Source: Myxococcota bacterium (GTDB lineage Bacteria; Myxococcota_A; SURF-8; G963663525). Taken from it: 64,000 nt of DNA. Position 1 is the first letter of the stretch. Each line of letters begins with the position of its first letter. The notes under the pieces were generated by a model. It did not search any database, was not told where the DNA came from, and was given only the letters and a program-made list of their open reading frames with translations. This document shows positions 19,853 through 29,314 of this stretch, one piece after another. The DNA lies in the NCBI GenBank assembly GCA_963676915.2, contig CAXXVK010000052.1:64001-128000 (forward strand). Direction: 5' to 3'. Both the position numbers and the translations under genes were made by a program.

Positions 19853-22008
19853 CGGATCTCCTTGGGAACCGGTGGCTTATCAAGTCGCTCCGGATCGAAC
19901 TTGGGTGGAATCGGTGCTTTCGGACCGGGATTCCTCATGGGCATCCGAGGCTGAGGAGGCAGTACCGACGAATTCCCTCCCGGCTGTCCTTCGGGAGTTT
20001 CCGGTATAACAGGGGGAACCGGACTGACTCTCCCGCGAATCTCCTTCTCCGGTGTTTGTTGGGGTTCAACCACCGGCTCTGGAGACGGAACCGTCCCAAC
20101 CTCTGGGGATGCAACCGGTTCAGACGGTTTTTCTGGAGTTCCCGGCTCGGCGCTTTTCTCGGATTCCTCGGGTTCCTCGTCCTCAACAGCGGTTCCCGTA
20201 CAATCGACATGAATGGTGATCGAAAATTCCGTCTTTCCATCCATCGTTTTCCGCGTCGGACCGGGAGCCAGTTTGTTGAAACAACGATGGGTTTTTACGC
20301 TCTCCGTCACCTCACCAACCACAGGCAGTGAAGACACTTTGCCTTTCAGCTTGATCCGATTGGTTTCCACGGTCAATTCAAGCACTTCCAACGCCGGGTC
20401 GCTTCCCGTCATGGAGGTATCGCCTCCCGCAGCACCCGCAGCGGCATCTCCCGGAGCCGCGACCGGCTTTTTCAGTTTGCGCACGAGGTCATCGTACAAT
20501 TCCATCACGGACGGACTCGGAAGCATCCCACCGTAATTGGCCGAACCCCCGCTGGAAGGATCGAGGCGGCTCATGATTTCATTCATGCACTTTTTGCCGC
20601 TTTTGATCTGAATTCCAAGGGTTTGTTTGCATACCTGACCGATGACGTCGTTCAGATCTTCCTTTTCCTTCCCCAATACGTGAAAATTCGTATAAAGATT
20701 CGCCGCCAGGAACAGCAGAATTACGGCCATCGTGGCAACGATATGAAGCATCTTGCCTTTGATAAGCTCGAAATCTCCTTGGTACGCGAATTCCCCACGG
20801 CGGAAATTCAGACGGCGTTCGGCTCGACCACCGAGTCCGATCGTCGCCAGTGCGGCAGCCAAACTCATTTCGGGAGCCAATTCACGCTTTTCTTCGGAAA
20901 GACGGTCGAATTCCCCACCCAAGTACACCAAAGAATCTGTAGGGATCTGCGTTTGTTGTTCAACATACTCGACCAGGTTTTGAAGTCGGCTCGAACCGCC
21001 CGTGAACAAAATCTGCTGAATTTCCGTATGTTTCTGCACACGATAGGAGCGCAACGTGTGTTGCACTTCCCGCAACCACCGGTTGATGGAAGCTTGCAGA
21101 ATGTTGCGTGTCTTGGGATTTTGTACGTCGTCTTCGATTTCACCGAACGAAGGCAGCGAACCTTCCCGGTGTTTGATGATTTCGGCCTCGGGAAACGTCA
21201 CGTCCAGCCCTTCGGCCAAAGCCAGCGTCACATCCTGTCCACCGAAAGGAAACGTTCGGGCGAATTCAACCCGGCCATCCTCAATAACCGATACAACGGT
21301 CTTCCTATGTCCGAAATCGAGAACCGCCACGGGTCCGGCAACACGTTCGGCGGGAATCATGTGACGGAACAGATTGACGGGAACCAGAGAATCGACCGTC
21401 ACGACTCGTGGTTCGATGCCGATATCTTCCAGGTTATCGATATATTCCCGAAGCCGCTGACGCTCTACGACGCCAAGTACGGATTGCAAACGACCGGGTT
21501 CCCGGCGAGTAATCTGGTAGTCGAAGGTTTTGCCATCCAGTGGAAATGGCAGCAATTCCGATAAAGTAAACGGCAACGTTCGCTCGAAAGCCCGCACATC
21601 GTTGAACGGAACCTCGTGCATCTTGATGGATACGCCATCGCCATCTAGCGCCGTATAAAGAGCTTCCCAGTCTTCTCCGTAACGTTCGAAAAAGCGCCGT
21701 AATTCGCTTTGCGGATCGTTGACATCGTCTTGGTCGGAAAAAACCGTAAAACCCGGTTCTTCCGGCAGATTCTCGTCTTCACCAAGCGCTTCGGATTCTT
21801 CCTCGACTTGTTCCACTCCGGTTTCTTCGTCCGGTTCTTCTTCCTGAATCGGCGTGGCCTTGACCATCGTCCGAGCCTCCACCATCTCCTCGGGTCGAAG
21901 GCGGTGCTCGATGAAATCGACGATTTCCCAGTTTCGGAACGTACTGGAAATCACGGCAGCTTTGATGGAGTAGGAACCGATGTCGAGTCCTACGATCTTC
22001 TGCGGCAT
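19849..22008 (-). CDS. gspL: type II secretion protein L (PilM-like actin-fold domain + TM + PilN-like domain)
   Basis: VGLDIGSYSIK, LDFGHRKT, TGGSSRL, LNFRRGEF then TM; Pro-rich C-terminal tail. Confidence 0.9.
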   Translation of the reverse strand: MPQKIVGLDIGSYSIKAAVISSTFRNWEIVDFIEHRLRPEEMVEARTMVKATPIQEEEPDEETGVEQVEEESEALGEDENLPEEPGFTVFSDQDDVNDPQSELRRFFERYGEDWEALYTALDGDGVSIKMHEVPFNDVRAFERTLPFTLSELLPFPLDGKTFDYQITRREPGRLQSVLGVVERQRLREYIDNLEDIGIEPRVVTVDSLVPVNLFRHMIPAERVAGPVAVLDFGHRKTVVSVIEDGRVEFARTFPFGGQDVTLALAEGLDVTFPEAEIIKHREGSLPSFGEIEDDVQNPKTRNILQASINRWLREVQHTLRSYRVQKHTEIQQILFTGGSSRLQNLVEYVEQQTQIPTDSLVYLGGEFDRLSEEKRELAPEMSLAAALATIGLGGRAERRLNFRRGEFAYQGDFELIKGKMLHIVATMAVILLFLAANLYTNFHVLGKEKEDLNDVIGQVCKQTLGIQIKSGKKCMNEIMSRLDPSSGGSANYGGMLPSPSVMELYDDLVRKLKKPVAAPGDAAAGAAGGDTSMTGSDPALEVLELTVETNRIKLKGKVSSLPVVGEVTESVKTHRCFNKLAPGPTRKTMDGKTEFSITIHVDCTGTAVEDEEPEESEKSAEPGTPEKPSEPVASPEVGTVPSPEPVVEPQQTPEKEIRGRVSPVPPVIPETPEGQPGGNSSVLPPQPRMPMRNPGPKAPIPPKFDPERLDKPPVPKEIR

Positions 22009-22009
22009 G

Positions 22010-23305
22010 TCACTCCTCCCTATAATAGAGCAGCGTGCCGTCGCGCTTCATGACAACATGCAACGTGACCATCACCTCACCCACATCACCCTGGGCATAC
22101 ACGGTGAACGTCTCCGGCTTGACGGTAATCATACTCTTCAATTCTTTACGAGCCTTCGCTTCGTCTTCCAACTCGATATCCAGATAATCCCCGGCTCCCG
22201 TAATCGTATTGATGAAGTGGTTTTCGTTGTTGAAACCGTAATTTTCATCACGGAACGCGAGAATCTTGTTTGCAAACGATAAAAGGTCTTCCTCGGTATA
22301 GAGCAGATCGGGGGTGAACTGCTCGATCAACGAAACCAACACCTGCGGATCGGCGGTGTTGACGTTGATTTTCTGGGTACGATAGACAGTAAAACTTTCG
22401 GCAAAATATTCCCAGAATTCATCGGTGACACCTGCCACCATCCGCAATTCTTCCAGTGAATCGAAAAAGTGGTTCTTGATCGGATAGCGTTTTTCTTCCT
22501 CGATATCGTCGTAACGATCCCGCTCGTCACCACCGTTGAAGCCCTGACGTTCCAAATCGGGATCGATCCAATCGAGAATCGAAGCGATCATCTCCTCGCG
22601 GTCGTAGTAGTCCCCGTTTTCATGAGGATTTTCGAACATCATGTTGAAACGGGTCGGACGAAACAGCTTTCGAAGCTGATCCTTGAACATTTCAACACGC
22701 TTCGTGTTGTTCGGACGAATATTGATGTTGATCCGCGATTCCTCGTCTTTTACGTCGGCGTGGAAGTGACCGTCGAAGTTACCGAAACCTTCGGCTTCTC
22801 CCAGTTGCAGGGCGCTTTGCTCGTTCACCGCATCCTTGGGTTCGCTTCCGGTATCATCCGAACCGCCACCCAACACCGGAGCCAACAGGTCGTTTTGCTC
22901 ACTGGCTCCGAAACCGCCTCCCGCAACCATTCGTGCCAACCCTGAATCGATGGGAATCAACTGCCACAACTGAATGTTGGGTGGATTACCGCCGAAGGAT
23001 TTGGCGAATCGTTTCAACATGTTATCCACTGTGCCTTGCAGGTGGATGATCAATTTGGCAAAAGACAGCGCCGAGCGGGCCATGTAGTGAGCTTTCAGCG
23101 TATCGCGCTCGTTGGCCGCCAGAGAAATATAAACCCGCGACTCCCATTGCATCTGCACGGTCACGGTAATCAGGATCACCACCACGGAAAGCACCATAAT
23201 CAGTGCAATCCCGCTCCGGCCTTTCAAGGCTTCGGACCGACGGGCGGCTCGGTAGGCCGTGCTTTGTCCCGTCTGGGGTGTCGATGTGTCCCGTTTCTCT
23301 TCCAT
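22010..23305 (-). CDS. gspK: type II secretion minor pseudopilin K
   Basis: G|IALIMVL, DEESRININ, ILDWID.D, F.SLEELRMV.GV, KINVNTA. Confidence 0.93.
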   Translation of the reverse strand: MEEKRDTSTPQTGQSTAYRAARRSEALKGRSGIALIMVLSVVVILITVTVQMQWESRVYISLAANERDTLKAHYMARSALSFAKLIIHLQGTVDNMLKRFAKSFGGNPPNIQLWQLIPIDSGLARMVAGGGFGASEQNDLLAPVLGGGSDDTGSEPKDAVNEQSALQLGEAEGFGNFDGHFHADVKDEESRININIRPNNTKRVEMFKDQLRKLFRPTRFNMMFENPHENGDYYDREEMIASILDWIDPDLERQGFNGGDERDRYDDIEEEKRYPIKNHFFDSLEELRMVAGVTDEFWEYFAESFTVYRTQKINVNTADPQVLVSLIEQFTPDLLYTEEDLLSFANKILAFRDENYGFNNENHFINTITGAGDYLDIELEDEAKARKELKSMITVKPETFTVYAQGDVGEVMVTLHVVMKRDGTLLYYREE

Positions 23306-23332
23306 ACTAGCGGCTACAACCTTTCTTGAAAA

Positions 23333-24064
23333 TTACAAGGCATTGAAATCTATCGGTTTATTCAACATCACCTGAGTTTTCGTGTAAAACGTGGTTCGCT
23401 CTCCTTCTTCATCCTGAATGGTCAGTTCCAAACGAATGATCTGTGGCAGGGTGTTGGACTGTTCCAGTTGACTGGAATCCCATTCCTCGCCCCATTCCTC
23501 TTCTTCGTTTTTCCATGCATAAACCTGAAAATCCACGACATTTTCGCACAAAACCTCCACGGTGCCGCCCCAACCGGGTTCGTGGTCGATGTAATCCTGC
23601 TGACGACGCACCAGGTTGAGTTGATCGCGAACATCAGGATCTTCCTTGAGGAAATAGCCGATTTCGCACTGGTCCGACACCGGTGAATTTTCATAGCGTC
23701 GCCAGTTGGCGAACGCCGTGAAATCCAGACGATCGCCGGGAGAGTTATCCTTGATTCTGAAAATGTAGTTCGGGCTTTCGTCCAAATTCGGATTGATGTG
23801 CTTGGACAAGTACGCCATGTTCACTTCGCGACACATGCGATTCATCGCCATTCGGATCTTGTGATAGCGCTCGTGAATCTCGCGAAGTTGCCCGGGAATC
23901 TCCAGCGTATGAGCGAAAGAGGCGTAAATCACCGTCGTGATCATTCCTAGAATCATCGTGGCGACCATCACTTCCATTAGCGTGAAACAGCTACGCGCAC
24001 GAGTCCTTGACGAAACATGTTTCGCCAGGACTTTCAGAGATATGGTTTTGCTCGTGCGTTTCAT
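23333..24064 (-). CDS. gspJ: type II secretion minor pseudopilin J
   Basis: C|FTLMEVMVA prepilin-like N-terminus, LVRR, W..EWDS, LP...R.EL; order I-J-K. Confidence 0.85.
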   Translation of the reverse strand: MKRTSKTISLKVLAKHVSSRTRARSCFTLMEVMVATMILGMITTVIYASFAHTLEIPGQLREIHERYHKIRMAMNRMCREVNMAYLSKHINPNLDESPNYIFRIKDNSPGDRLDFTAFANWRRYENSPVSDQCEIGYFLKEDPDVRDQLNLVRRQQDYIDHEPGWGGTVEVLCENVVDFQVYAWKNEEEEWGEEWDSSQLEQSNTLPQIIRLELTIQDEEGERTTFYTKTQVMLNKPIDFNAL

Positions 24065-24072
24065 TCTGTCGC

Positions 24073-24618
24073 CTATTTTTTTGTAGCAGCCGAGGTTTTA
24101 CGAGAATCGGCGGTGCTCTCCAGTTGCGCAGCTTTCGTCACGTCGATAAAGTGTGTCGTCACTTGAAAATCTCTCGTATCGCCTCCAACGTCCCAACTGA
24201 CGGTCAGCGCGCATTCGCGCAAAGAATTCTTGATCATGTCGGTGATGAACGACGCCGCTCCCATCATCAAAGCGGCATTTGGGTTTTCGTCCGCACCTGG
24301 AAACGAGTCAGGAATGGGCATTTCCACCTTGGTGATCTCGGCTTCCCAGGAAAACTCCGGCCAGCCCTCTTCTTCGAACGTACCGGACATCGATTCCTCG
24401 AAATCGCCGAAGCCTTCCTCGAACAGTTCCCTTTCGATATCGATCATCTTGCTTCGAGCCAGCAACGTCGCCACGGTGATATCCCGCGTACGCATTGCCG
24501 TTTCGATGTTGCCGCCCTGCATCTCGAAAATAGCCACGAGACTGATTGCCAGAATGCCGATAGCCACAACGACTTCGAGCAACGTAAAGCCGGAGCGATT
24601 GGAAAAGACGGAAGTCAT
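24073..24618 (-). CDS. gspI: type II secretion minor pseudopilin I
   Basis: SG|FTLLEVVVAIGIL, A..LA..KM, SGTFEE, order H-I-J. Confidence 0.85.
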   Translation of the reverse strand: MTSVFSNRSGFTLLEVVVAIGILAISLVAIFEMQGGNIETAMRTRDITVATLLARSKMIDIERELFEEGFGDFEESMSGTFEEEGWPEFSWEAEITKVEMPIPDSFPGADENPNAALMMGAASFITDMIKNSLRECALTVSWDVGGDTRDFQVTTHFIDVTKAAQLESTADSRKTSAATKK

Positions 24619-25409
24619 TACCATTCCTCCTCATCCATCACCGGCTCGGGAATCTCTACCTTTTCGTTGTAGATCGTCGCCAGTCCCGTCAACGGATGCA
24701 CGACCAGCGACCAGATGCCCATGTCGTCTTCGCTCTCGGCTTCGAGGTCGTCTTCCTCGACCAGATAAATCACCGCTTGTTCCACGTACCCGTGGGGGAA
24801 AAAGTGCATGTAAACCTTGCCATGCTCGACTGGCTCTTTGAGTCCGGGGGTATACATGCGGTAAATCGCGACACCTTCAGGCAGTTTTTCCTTTTTCGAC
24901 AACTCGGACTGGTAGCCGCCGAACTCGGCTTTTTTCTTCTTGAATCGCTTGGCGAAATCGTTCCACCCACTCCAATTGGTGCTTGGACCGAATTCCTCGT
25001 CTTCCTCATCCGGTTCCGGGTTGATCCCCAAAAGGTTATCGCTGAACAAACGGTCGAAAATGCTGTCCTCTTCCTCTTCTTCCTCCAATTCCTCTTCGGG
25101 GGTTACGGCGATTCCTTCTTCCACATCGAGCGGATCTTTGCGTAAAAAGAAGCGATCCGGCGTGGATTCGGGATAGTAAACCCCTTCGTCGAGATCGAAT
25201 ACGAGACGAATGTAAACCTTTTCCAACACGGCGCGGTCGTACAGGTATTTAAGGTTTCCGGCCAGCTTGTTGGCTGCCGTGCGCATGTGCACGCGGGTCA
25301 TATTGTTGATCGTCGGTATGGAAATGGCGAAAATCATCGCTACGATGAACACCGCCACGACCATCTCGATCAGCGTGAAACCCCGCCGGTTTGTGCCTTT
25401 TCGCACCAT
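24618..25409 (-). CDS. gspH: type II secretion minor pseudopilin H (FimT-like) with acidic insertion
   Basis: RG|FTLIEMVV, F.P.GY, L.V.PLTG. Confidence 0.85.
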   Translation of the reverse strand: MVRKGTNRRGFTLIEMVVAVFIVAMIFAISIPTINNMTRVHMRTAANKLAGNLKYLYDRAVLEKVYIRLVFDLDEGVYYPESTPDRFFLRKDPLDVEEGIAVTPEEELEEEEEEDSIFDRLFSDNLLGINPEPDEEDEEFGPSTNWSGWNDFAKRFKKKKAEFGGYQSELSKKEKLPEGVAIYRMYTPGLKEPVEHGKVYMHFFPHGYVEQAVIYLVEEDDLEAESEDDMGIWSLVVHPLTGLATIYNEKVEIPEPVMDEEEW

Positions 25410-25445
25410 GTCGGATCGATTCGTTCCGTTTCGTTCGAAAGAGGA

Positions 25446-25865
25446 TTATTCCTCGTCATCCGCCTCGTCGAGCTGCCAGTTGCCGATATCGTCGTTGCCG
25501 CCTTCCGCGCCATCTTCGCCGGTGGACCAGATATCCACGCCACCTTTGTTCTGGCTTCCGGGATTGCGGTACTGATAATCGTTGCCCCAGGGATCTTTCG
25601 GAACTTTAGGCATGTAAGCCCGCTTGCTTCCGCGTCCGGGAGGATTGGCCAACTCACTGAGACTGCTTGGGTATTTTTTATTATCGAGCCTGAAAAGGTC
25701 GCAGGCCTGCTGGATACTGCCGATCTGAATGCGTGCCGTACGGTCACTGGCTTCACCCAGCCGCTCGAAGACGGCTACGCCGACCAGAGATCCGATCAGG
25801 CCGATGATCACGATAACCACCATGATTTCCAATAGCGTCATACCGCTGTTCGAACCGAGTCTCAT
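25446..25865 (-). CDS. gspG: type II secretion major pseudopilin G
   Basis: SG|MTLLEIMVVIVIIG, F.LDN..YP, PKDPWGNDYQY.NPG, S.G.DG..GG.DDIGNW; strong AAGGAGG RBS. Confidence 0.95.
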   Translation of the reverse strand: MRLGSNSGMTLLEIMVVIVIIGLIGSLVGVAVFERLGEASDRTARIQIGSIQQACDLFRLDNKKYPSSLSELANPPGRGSKRAYMPKVPKDPWGNDYQYRNPGSQNKGGVDIWSTGEDGAEGGNDDIGNWQLDEADDEE

Positions 25866-25923
25866 TGTTGTTGCCTCCTTGATCCGTTAGATATCCAATA
25901 ACCAAGAACTATTTCACGAAAAC

Positions 25924-26304
25924 TCATTCCTTCCAGTTGACGATATCGTCCCCCGTGCCCGATTCCTCGTCGGGACCACCGGACCAGATATCGATACCTT
26001 TACGATTGCGAAGCCCCGGATATCGGAAATAGTAATCGTTTCCCCAGGGATCGACGGGCGCTTGTTCGAGATATTTTCCCTTGAGTTTGACGATGGAATC
26101 CGGGTAGCTGCGATGATCGAGCTTATACAGTTCGGCAGCATACTCTATGGTGTCGATGTCCAACGCAACCTGTTTCGTTTCACTGTCTTCCGAGCATCCG
26201 CTCAGACACAGCACCCACGCCAAAACCGCCACGGCGAAAGCCATGACCGGCAAAGAGAGCGATGTCAACGAAAAGCCAACTTTCATTTTGTTTTCCTTTA
26301 CCAT
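25924..26304 (-). CDS. GspG-like protein with T2SSG head domain but atypical N-terminus (lipobox, no Glu5)
   Basis: Y.LD...YP, P.DPWGNDYYFRYPG, DIWSGGPD...GTGDDIVNW; N-terminus G|FSLTSL...LCLSGC; TGATG overlap with gspF. Confidence 0.85.
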   Translation of the reverse strand: MVKENKMKVGFSLTSLSLPVMAFAVAVLAWVLCLSGCSEDSETKQVALDIDTIEYAAELYKLDHRSYPDSIVKLKGKYLEQAPVDPWGNDYYFRYPGLRNRKGIDIWSGGPDEESGTGDDIVNWKE

Positions 26305-27593
26305 CAGATTTTCCCCATGCCCTGACTGATTTCCATCAAGGGCAGCAGAATCGAAAGCACGATGGCCACGACGAGCACGGCGAGAATGATCAGCATGATC
26401 GGTTCCAGAAACGCCACCAGCGAGTTGAGCCGCGATTCCACCTGTGAATCGTAGTTTTTCGCTACGTGCCCCAACATTTCCTCCAACTGGCCCGTTTTTT
26501 CGCCGATGGCGATCATGTGGGTCACGATCGGCGGAAATTCACCGCTACGCTTGAGCGGATCGGCAATGCTTTCACCTTCGCGTACTTCACCACGCGCTTT
26601 TTCTAGTACATCCTGCAGCAATCGGTTGCTGAGAATGTTTTTCACGATATCCATAGCCGACAGCAACGGAACGCCACTGGCAAGCAATGTAGACAATGTA
26701 CGAGTAAAGCGGCTGACGGCGATCATCCGAACCAACGGACCAAATAGAGGCGCTCTCAGTTTGAAGGTATCCCACTTCAACTCGCCTTTTTTCGTTTTTT
26801 TCCACCAGCGGAAGGTAAACACCAACGCAATCACCATCCCAAGGACAACCCACCAATACTGTGTCGTGAAATTGGCGACACCGATGAGAACCTGGGTAGC
26901 CAGCGGCAACGTCACTTTCATGTTGTCGAAAATCTCGGTGATTTTCGGAATGACGACGATGAACAGAATTCCTACGACACCCATCATGACAAACAGCATT
27001 AACGCCGGATAGGTCAGTGCCGAAATGATTTTGGAACGCAACGCCATCTGGTTTTCACTGAATTCCGCCAGTCGCGACATGACGACTTCGAGCGCCCCAG
27101 AACTTTCGCCTGCTGCCACCATGTTCGTGTACAGCGGCGGGAAAAGTTTTGGGTGCTCGGCCATGGCTTTGGATAAGGACGAACCCTCGTTGACGCTTTC
27201 GCGGATTTCGCTCAACACCCGTTTGAATTTTTCGTTTTCCACCTGGTCGATAATCGCGGTAAGCGCTTCGACGATGGGAATGTTCGCCCCAACGAGATTG
27301 GCCAGCAATCGGGTAAATACCGCAATTTCCTGAGCGCTGATGGTCTGGAAATATTTTTGGAGATCGACTTCCATGTCCAGCGATATACCGGACAATAGGC
27401 TTTTCTTTTCGCCGGTGGATGAACCTGCCGCCGCCTTGGCACCCTTCTTTTTGGAGGATACTTCTCTGATATCGGTAAGATAGACACCTTCGGCCTTCAT
27501 CCGAGCCTTGGCTGAACGCAGAGAATCCGAGTCCACAAGCCCCTTTTTGTTGCGGCCTTTGGCATCGATTCCTTTCCACTCGAACACCGGCAT
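26304..27593 (-). CDS. gspF: type II secretion inner membrane protein F
   Basis: MPVFEWKG, FTRLLANL, MVAAGESSGAL, ALTYP, MIAIGEKTGQLEEML, LEP. Confidence 0.95.
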   Translation of the reverse strand: MPVFEWKGIDAKGRNKKGLVDSDSLRSAKARMKAEGVYLTDIREVSSKKKGAKAAAGSSTGEKKSLLSGISLDMEVDLQKYFQTISAQEIAVFTRLLANLVGANIPIVEALTAIIDQVENEKFKRVLSEIRESVNEGSSLSKAMAEHPKLFPPLYTNMVAAGESSGALEVVMSRLAEFSENQMALRSKIISALTYPALMLFVMMGVVGILFIVVIPKITEIFDNMKVTLPLATQVLIGVANFTTQYWWVVLGMVIALVFTFRWWKKTKKGELKWDTFKLRAPLFGPLVRMIAVSRFTRTLSTLLASGVPLLSAMDIVKNILSNRLLQDVLEKARGEVREGESIADPLKRSGEFPPIVTHMIAIGEKTGQLEEMLGHVAKNYDSQVESRLNSLVAFLEPIMLIILAVLVVAIVLSILLPLMEISQGMGKI

Positions 27594-27602
27594 TGCGGCT
27601 CC

Positions 27603-29306
27603 CTATTCGTCGTCCAGGGCGACGATTTCGTCCTGGGTTACGCGCATGACTTCCTCCACCGAGGTCCAGCCGCGCTTGATTTTCTCGATTCCGTCCATTC
27701 GCAGCGTCATCATTCCGTTGCTAAGAGCTTCTCTTTTGATCTCGTTGGCGTCGGCCGCCTGAAGAATCATGGTCTGAATATCTTCGTTGACCACCAACAG
27801 TTCGTGAATGCCGCTTCGGCCTTTGTAGCCCATATTCAGACAGGTAGGACACCCCACCGGACCCAAGATATTCAATCCGGCGAGATCTTCGCGGGTCATG
27901 CCCATCTGGATCAACTCGGCCCGAGTCGGTTCATGCGGAGCTTTGCAGTTTTTGCAGAGCAAACGTACCAAACGCTGGGCCATAATTCCGATGACGGAAG
28001 ACGCCACCAGGAAACGTTCGATATTCATATCCACCAGACGTGTAATCGTGCTGGCGGCATCGTTGGTATGCACGGTCGAAAAGACCAAGTGACCGGTCAA
28101 GGATGCCTGAATGGCGATTTCCGCCGTTTCGTGGTCACGAATTTCACCGATCATCACCACGTCCGGGTCTTGGCGCAAAATAGCGCGCAGACCGTTGGCG
28201 AAGGTCATGTCGATTTTGCGATTGACGGGAATCTGGCCGATACCGGGAAGCTGGTACTCGACCGGATCTTCAACCGTAATGATGTTCTTGTCCGGCGTGT
28301 TGATCTTGGAAAGCGCCGAGTAAAGCGTGGTGGTTTTACCCGAACCGGTCGGACCTGTAACCAGAATGATTCCGTGGGGTTGGCTGATAAGCTGGGCGAA
28401 AATTTCGAGGTTGCCTTCCAGAAATCCCAACTGGCTCATAGCGAGCAATACAGCTGAACGGTCGAGCAGACGCATAACGGTACGTTCACCGTGACTGGTG
28501 GGCAGGGTGGACAAGCGGATGTCGATGTCTTTACCCGCAATCTTGATCTTGATCCGGCCATCCTGGGGAAGTCGTTTTTCGGCGATATTCAGATTGCCCA
28601 TGATCTTGATACGGGCAGTGACAGCCGATTGCGCCCGCTTGGGAATCCGCACCACTTCATAAAGCACACCGTCGATACGGAACCGCACGACGACATCCTT
28701 TTCCATCGGCTCGATGTGAACGTCGCTGGCTCCTTCTTTTACGGCTCGGAAAAGAATGTTGTTGACGAAGCGAATCACCGGCGCGTCGTCTTCCAGACCG
28801 CCTTCGAGAATGTCCTGATCGATGTCGAGGGAATCTTCCTCTTCCTTTTTAAACTCTTCCTTGGAAAGATCCTGCCCCATCGCCCCGGCGTCAGAGTAAA
28901 TCTGATTGATCGAAGACAACAACCGGTTCCAACCGCAGACTTTCACTTCAACGGATTTACCGAACATCAACCGCAAATCGTCAAGAGCGAAAATTTCCAG
29001 AGGTTCGCTGGTGACGATGGTCACATCGTGGTCATCCACGGCGATCGGTAAAAAGCGATACTGCTTGGCATAGTTGATCGGAATATTTTCAACGAGGGCG
29101 ATGGGTAATTCTTCCGGCATCTTCTTCAGATAAGACAACCCAAGCTGCGTAGCCAGCGCATGGGCCAGTTCCTCGTCGTTGATTTCCTTCTGCCCCAGCA
29201 GAATTTCCCCGATCCTACCTTCCCGTTCGGCCTGGATCTCCAACGCACGAGCCAGTTTCTCGGGCTTGAGCGTCGTTTCTTTGAGCAGTATTTCTCCCAG
29301 CAACAT
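27603..29306 (-). CDS. gspE: type II secretion ATPase E
   Basis: GASDVHIEP, Walker A GPTGSGKTTT, EDPVE, LRQDPDVVMIGEIRD, TGHLVFSTVHTN, CxxC..CxxC. Confidence 0.97.
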   Translation of the reverse strand: MLLGEILLKETTLKPEKLARALEIQAEREGRIGEILLGQKEINDEELAHALATQLGLSYLKKMPEELPIALVENIPINYAKQYRFLPIAVDDHDVTIVTSEPLEIFALDDLRLMFGKSVEVKVCGWNRLLSSINQIYSDAGAMGQDLSKEEFKKEEEDSLDIDQDILEGGLEDDAPVIRFVNNILFRAVKEGASDVHIEPMEKDVVVRFRIDGVLYEVVRIPKRAQSAVTARIKIMGNLNIAEKRLPQDGRIKIKIAGKDIDIRLSTLPTSHGERTVMRLLDRSAVLLAMSQLGFLEGNLEIFAQLISQPHGIILVTGPTGSGKTTTLYSALSKINTPDKNIITVEDPVEYQLPGIGQIPVNRKIDMTFANGLRAILRQDPDVVMIGEIRDHETAEIAIQASLTGHLVFSTVHTNDAASTITRLVDMNIERFLVASSVIGIMAQRLVRLLCKNCKAPHEPTRAELIQMGMTREDLAGLNILGPVGCPTCLNMGYKGRSGIHELLVVNEDIQTMILQAADANEIKREALSNGMMTLRMDGIEKIKRGWTSVEEVMRVTQDEIVALDDE

Positions 29307-29314
29307 TTCGGCGC

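Noticed and set aside
19849-29306. Type IV pilus (pilM/pilB/pilC) interpretation
   Set aside because: Full gspC-N order with GspG, GspK, GspC-PDZ and GspN signatures indicates T2SS
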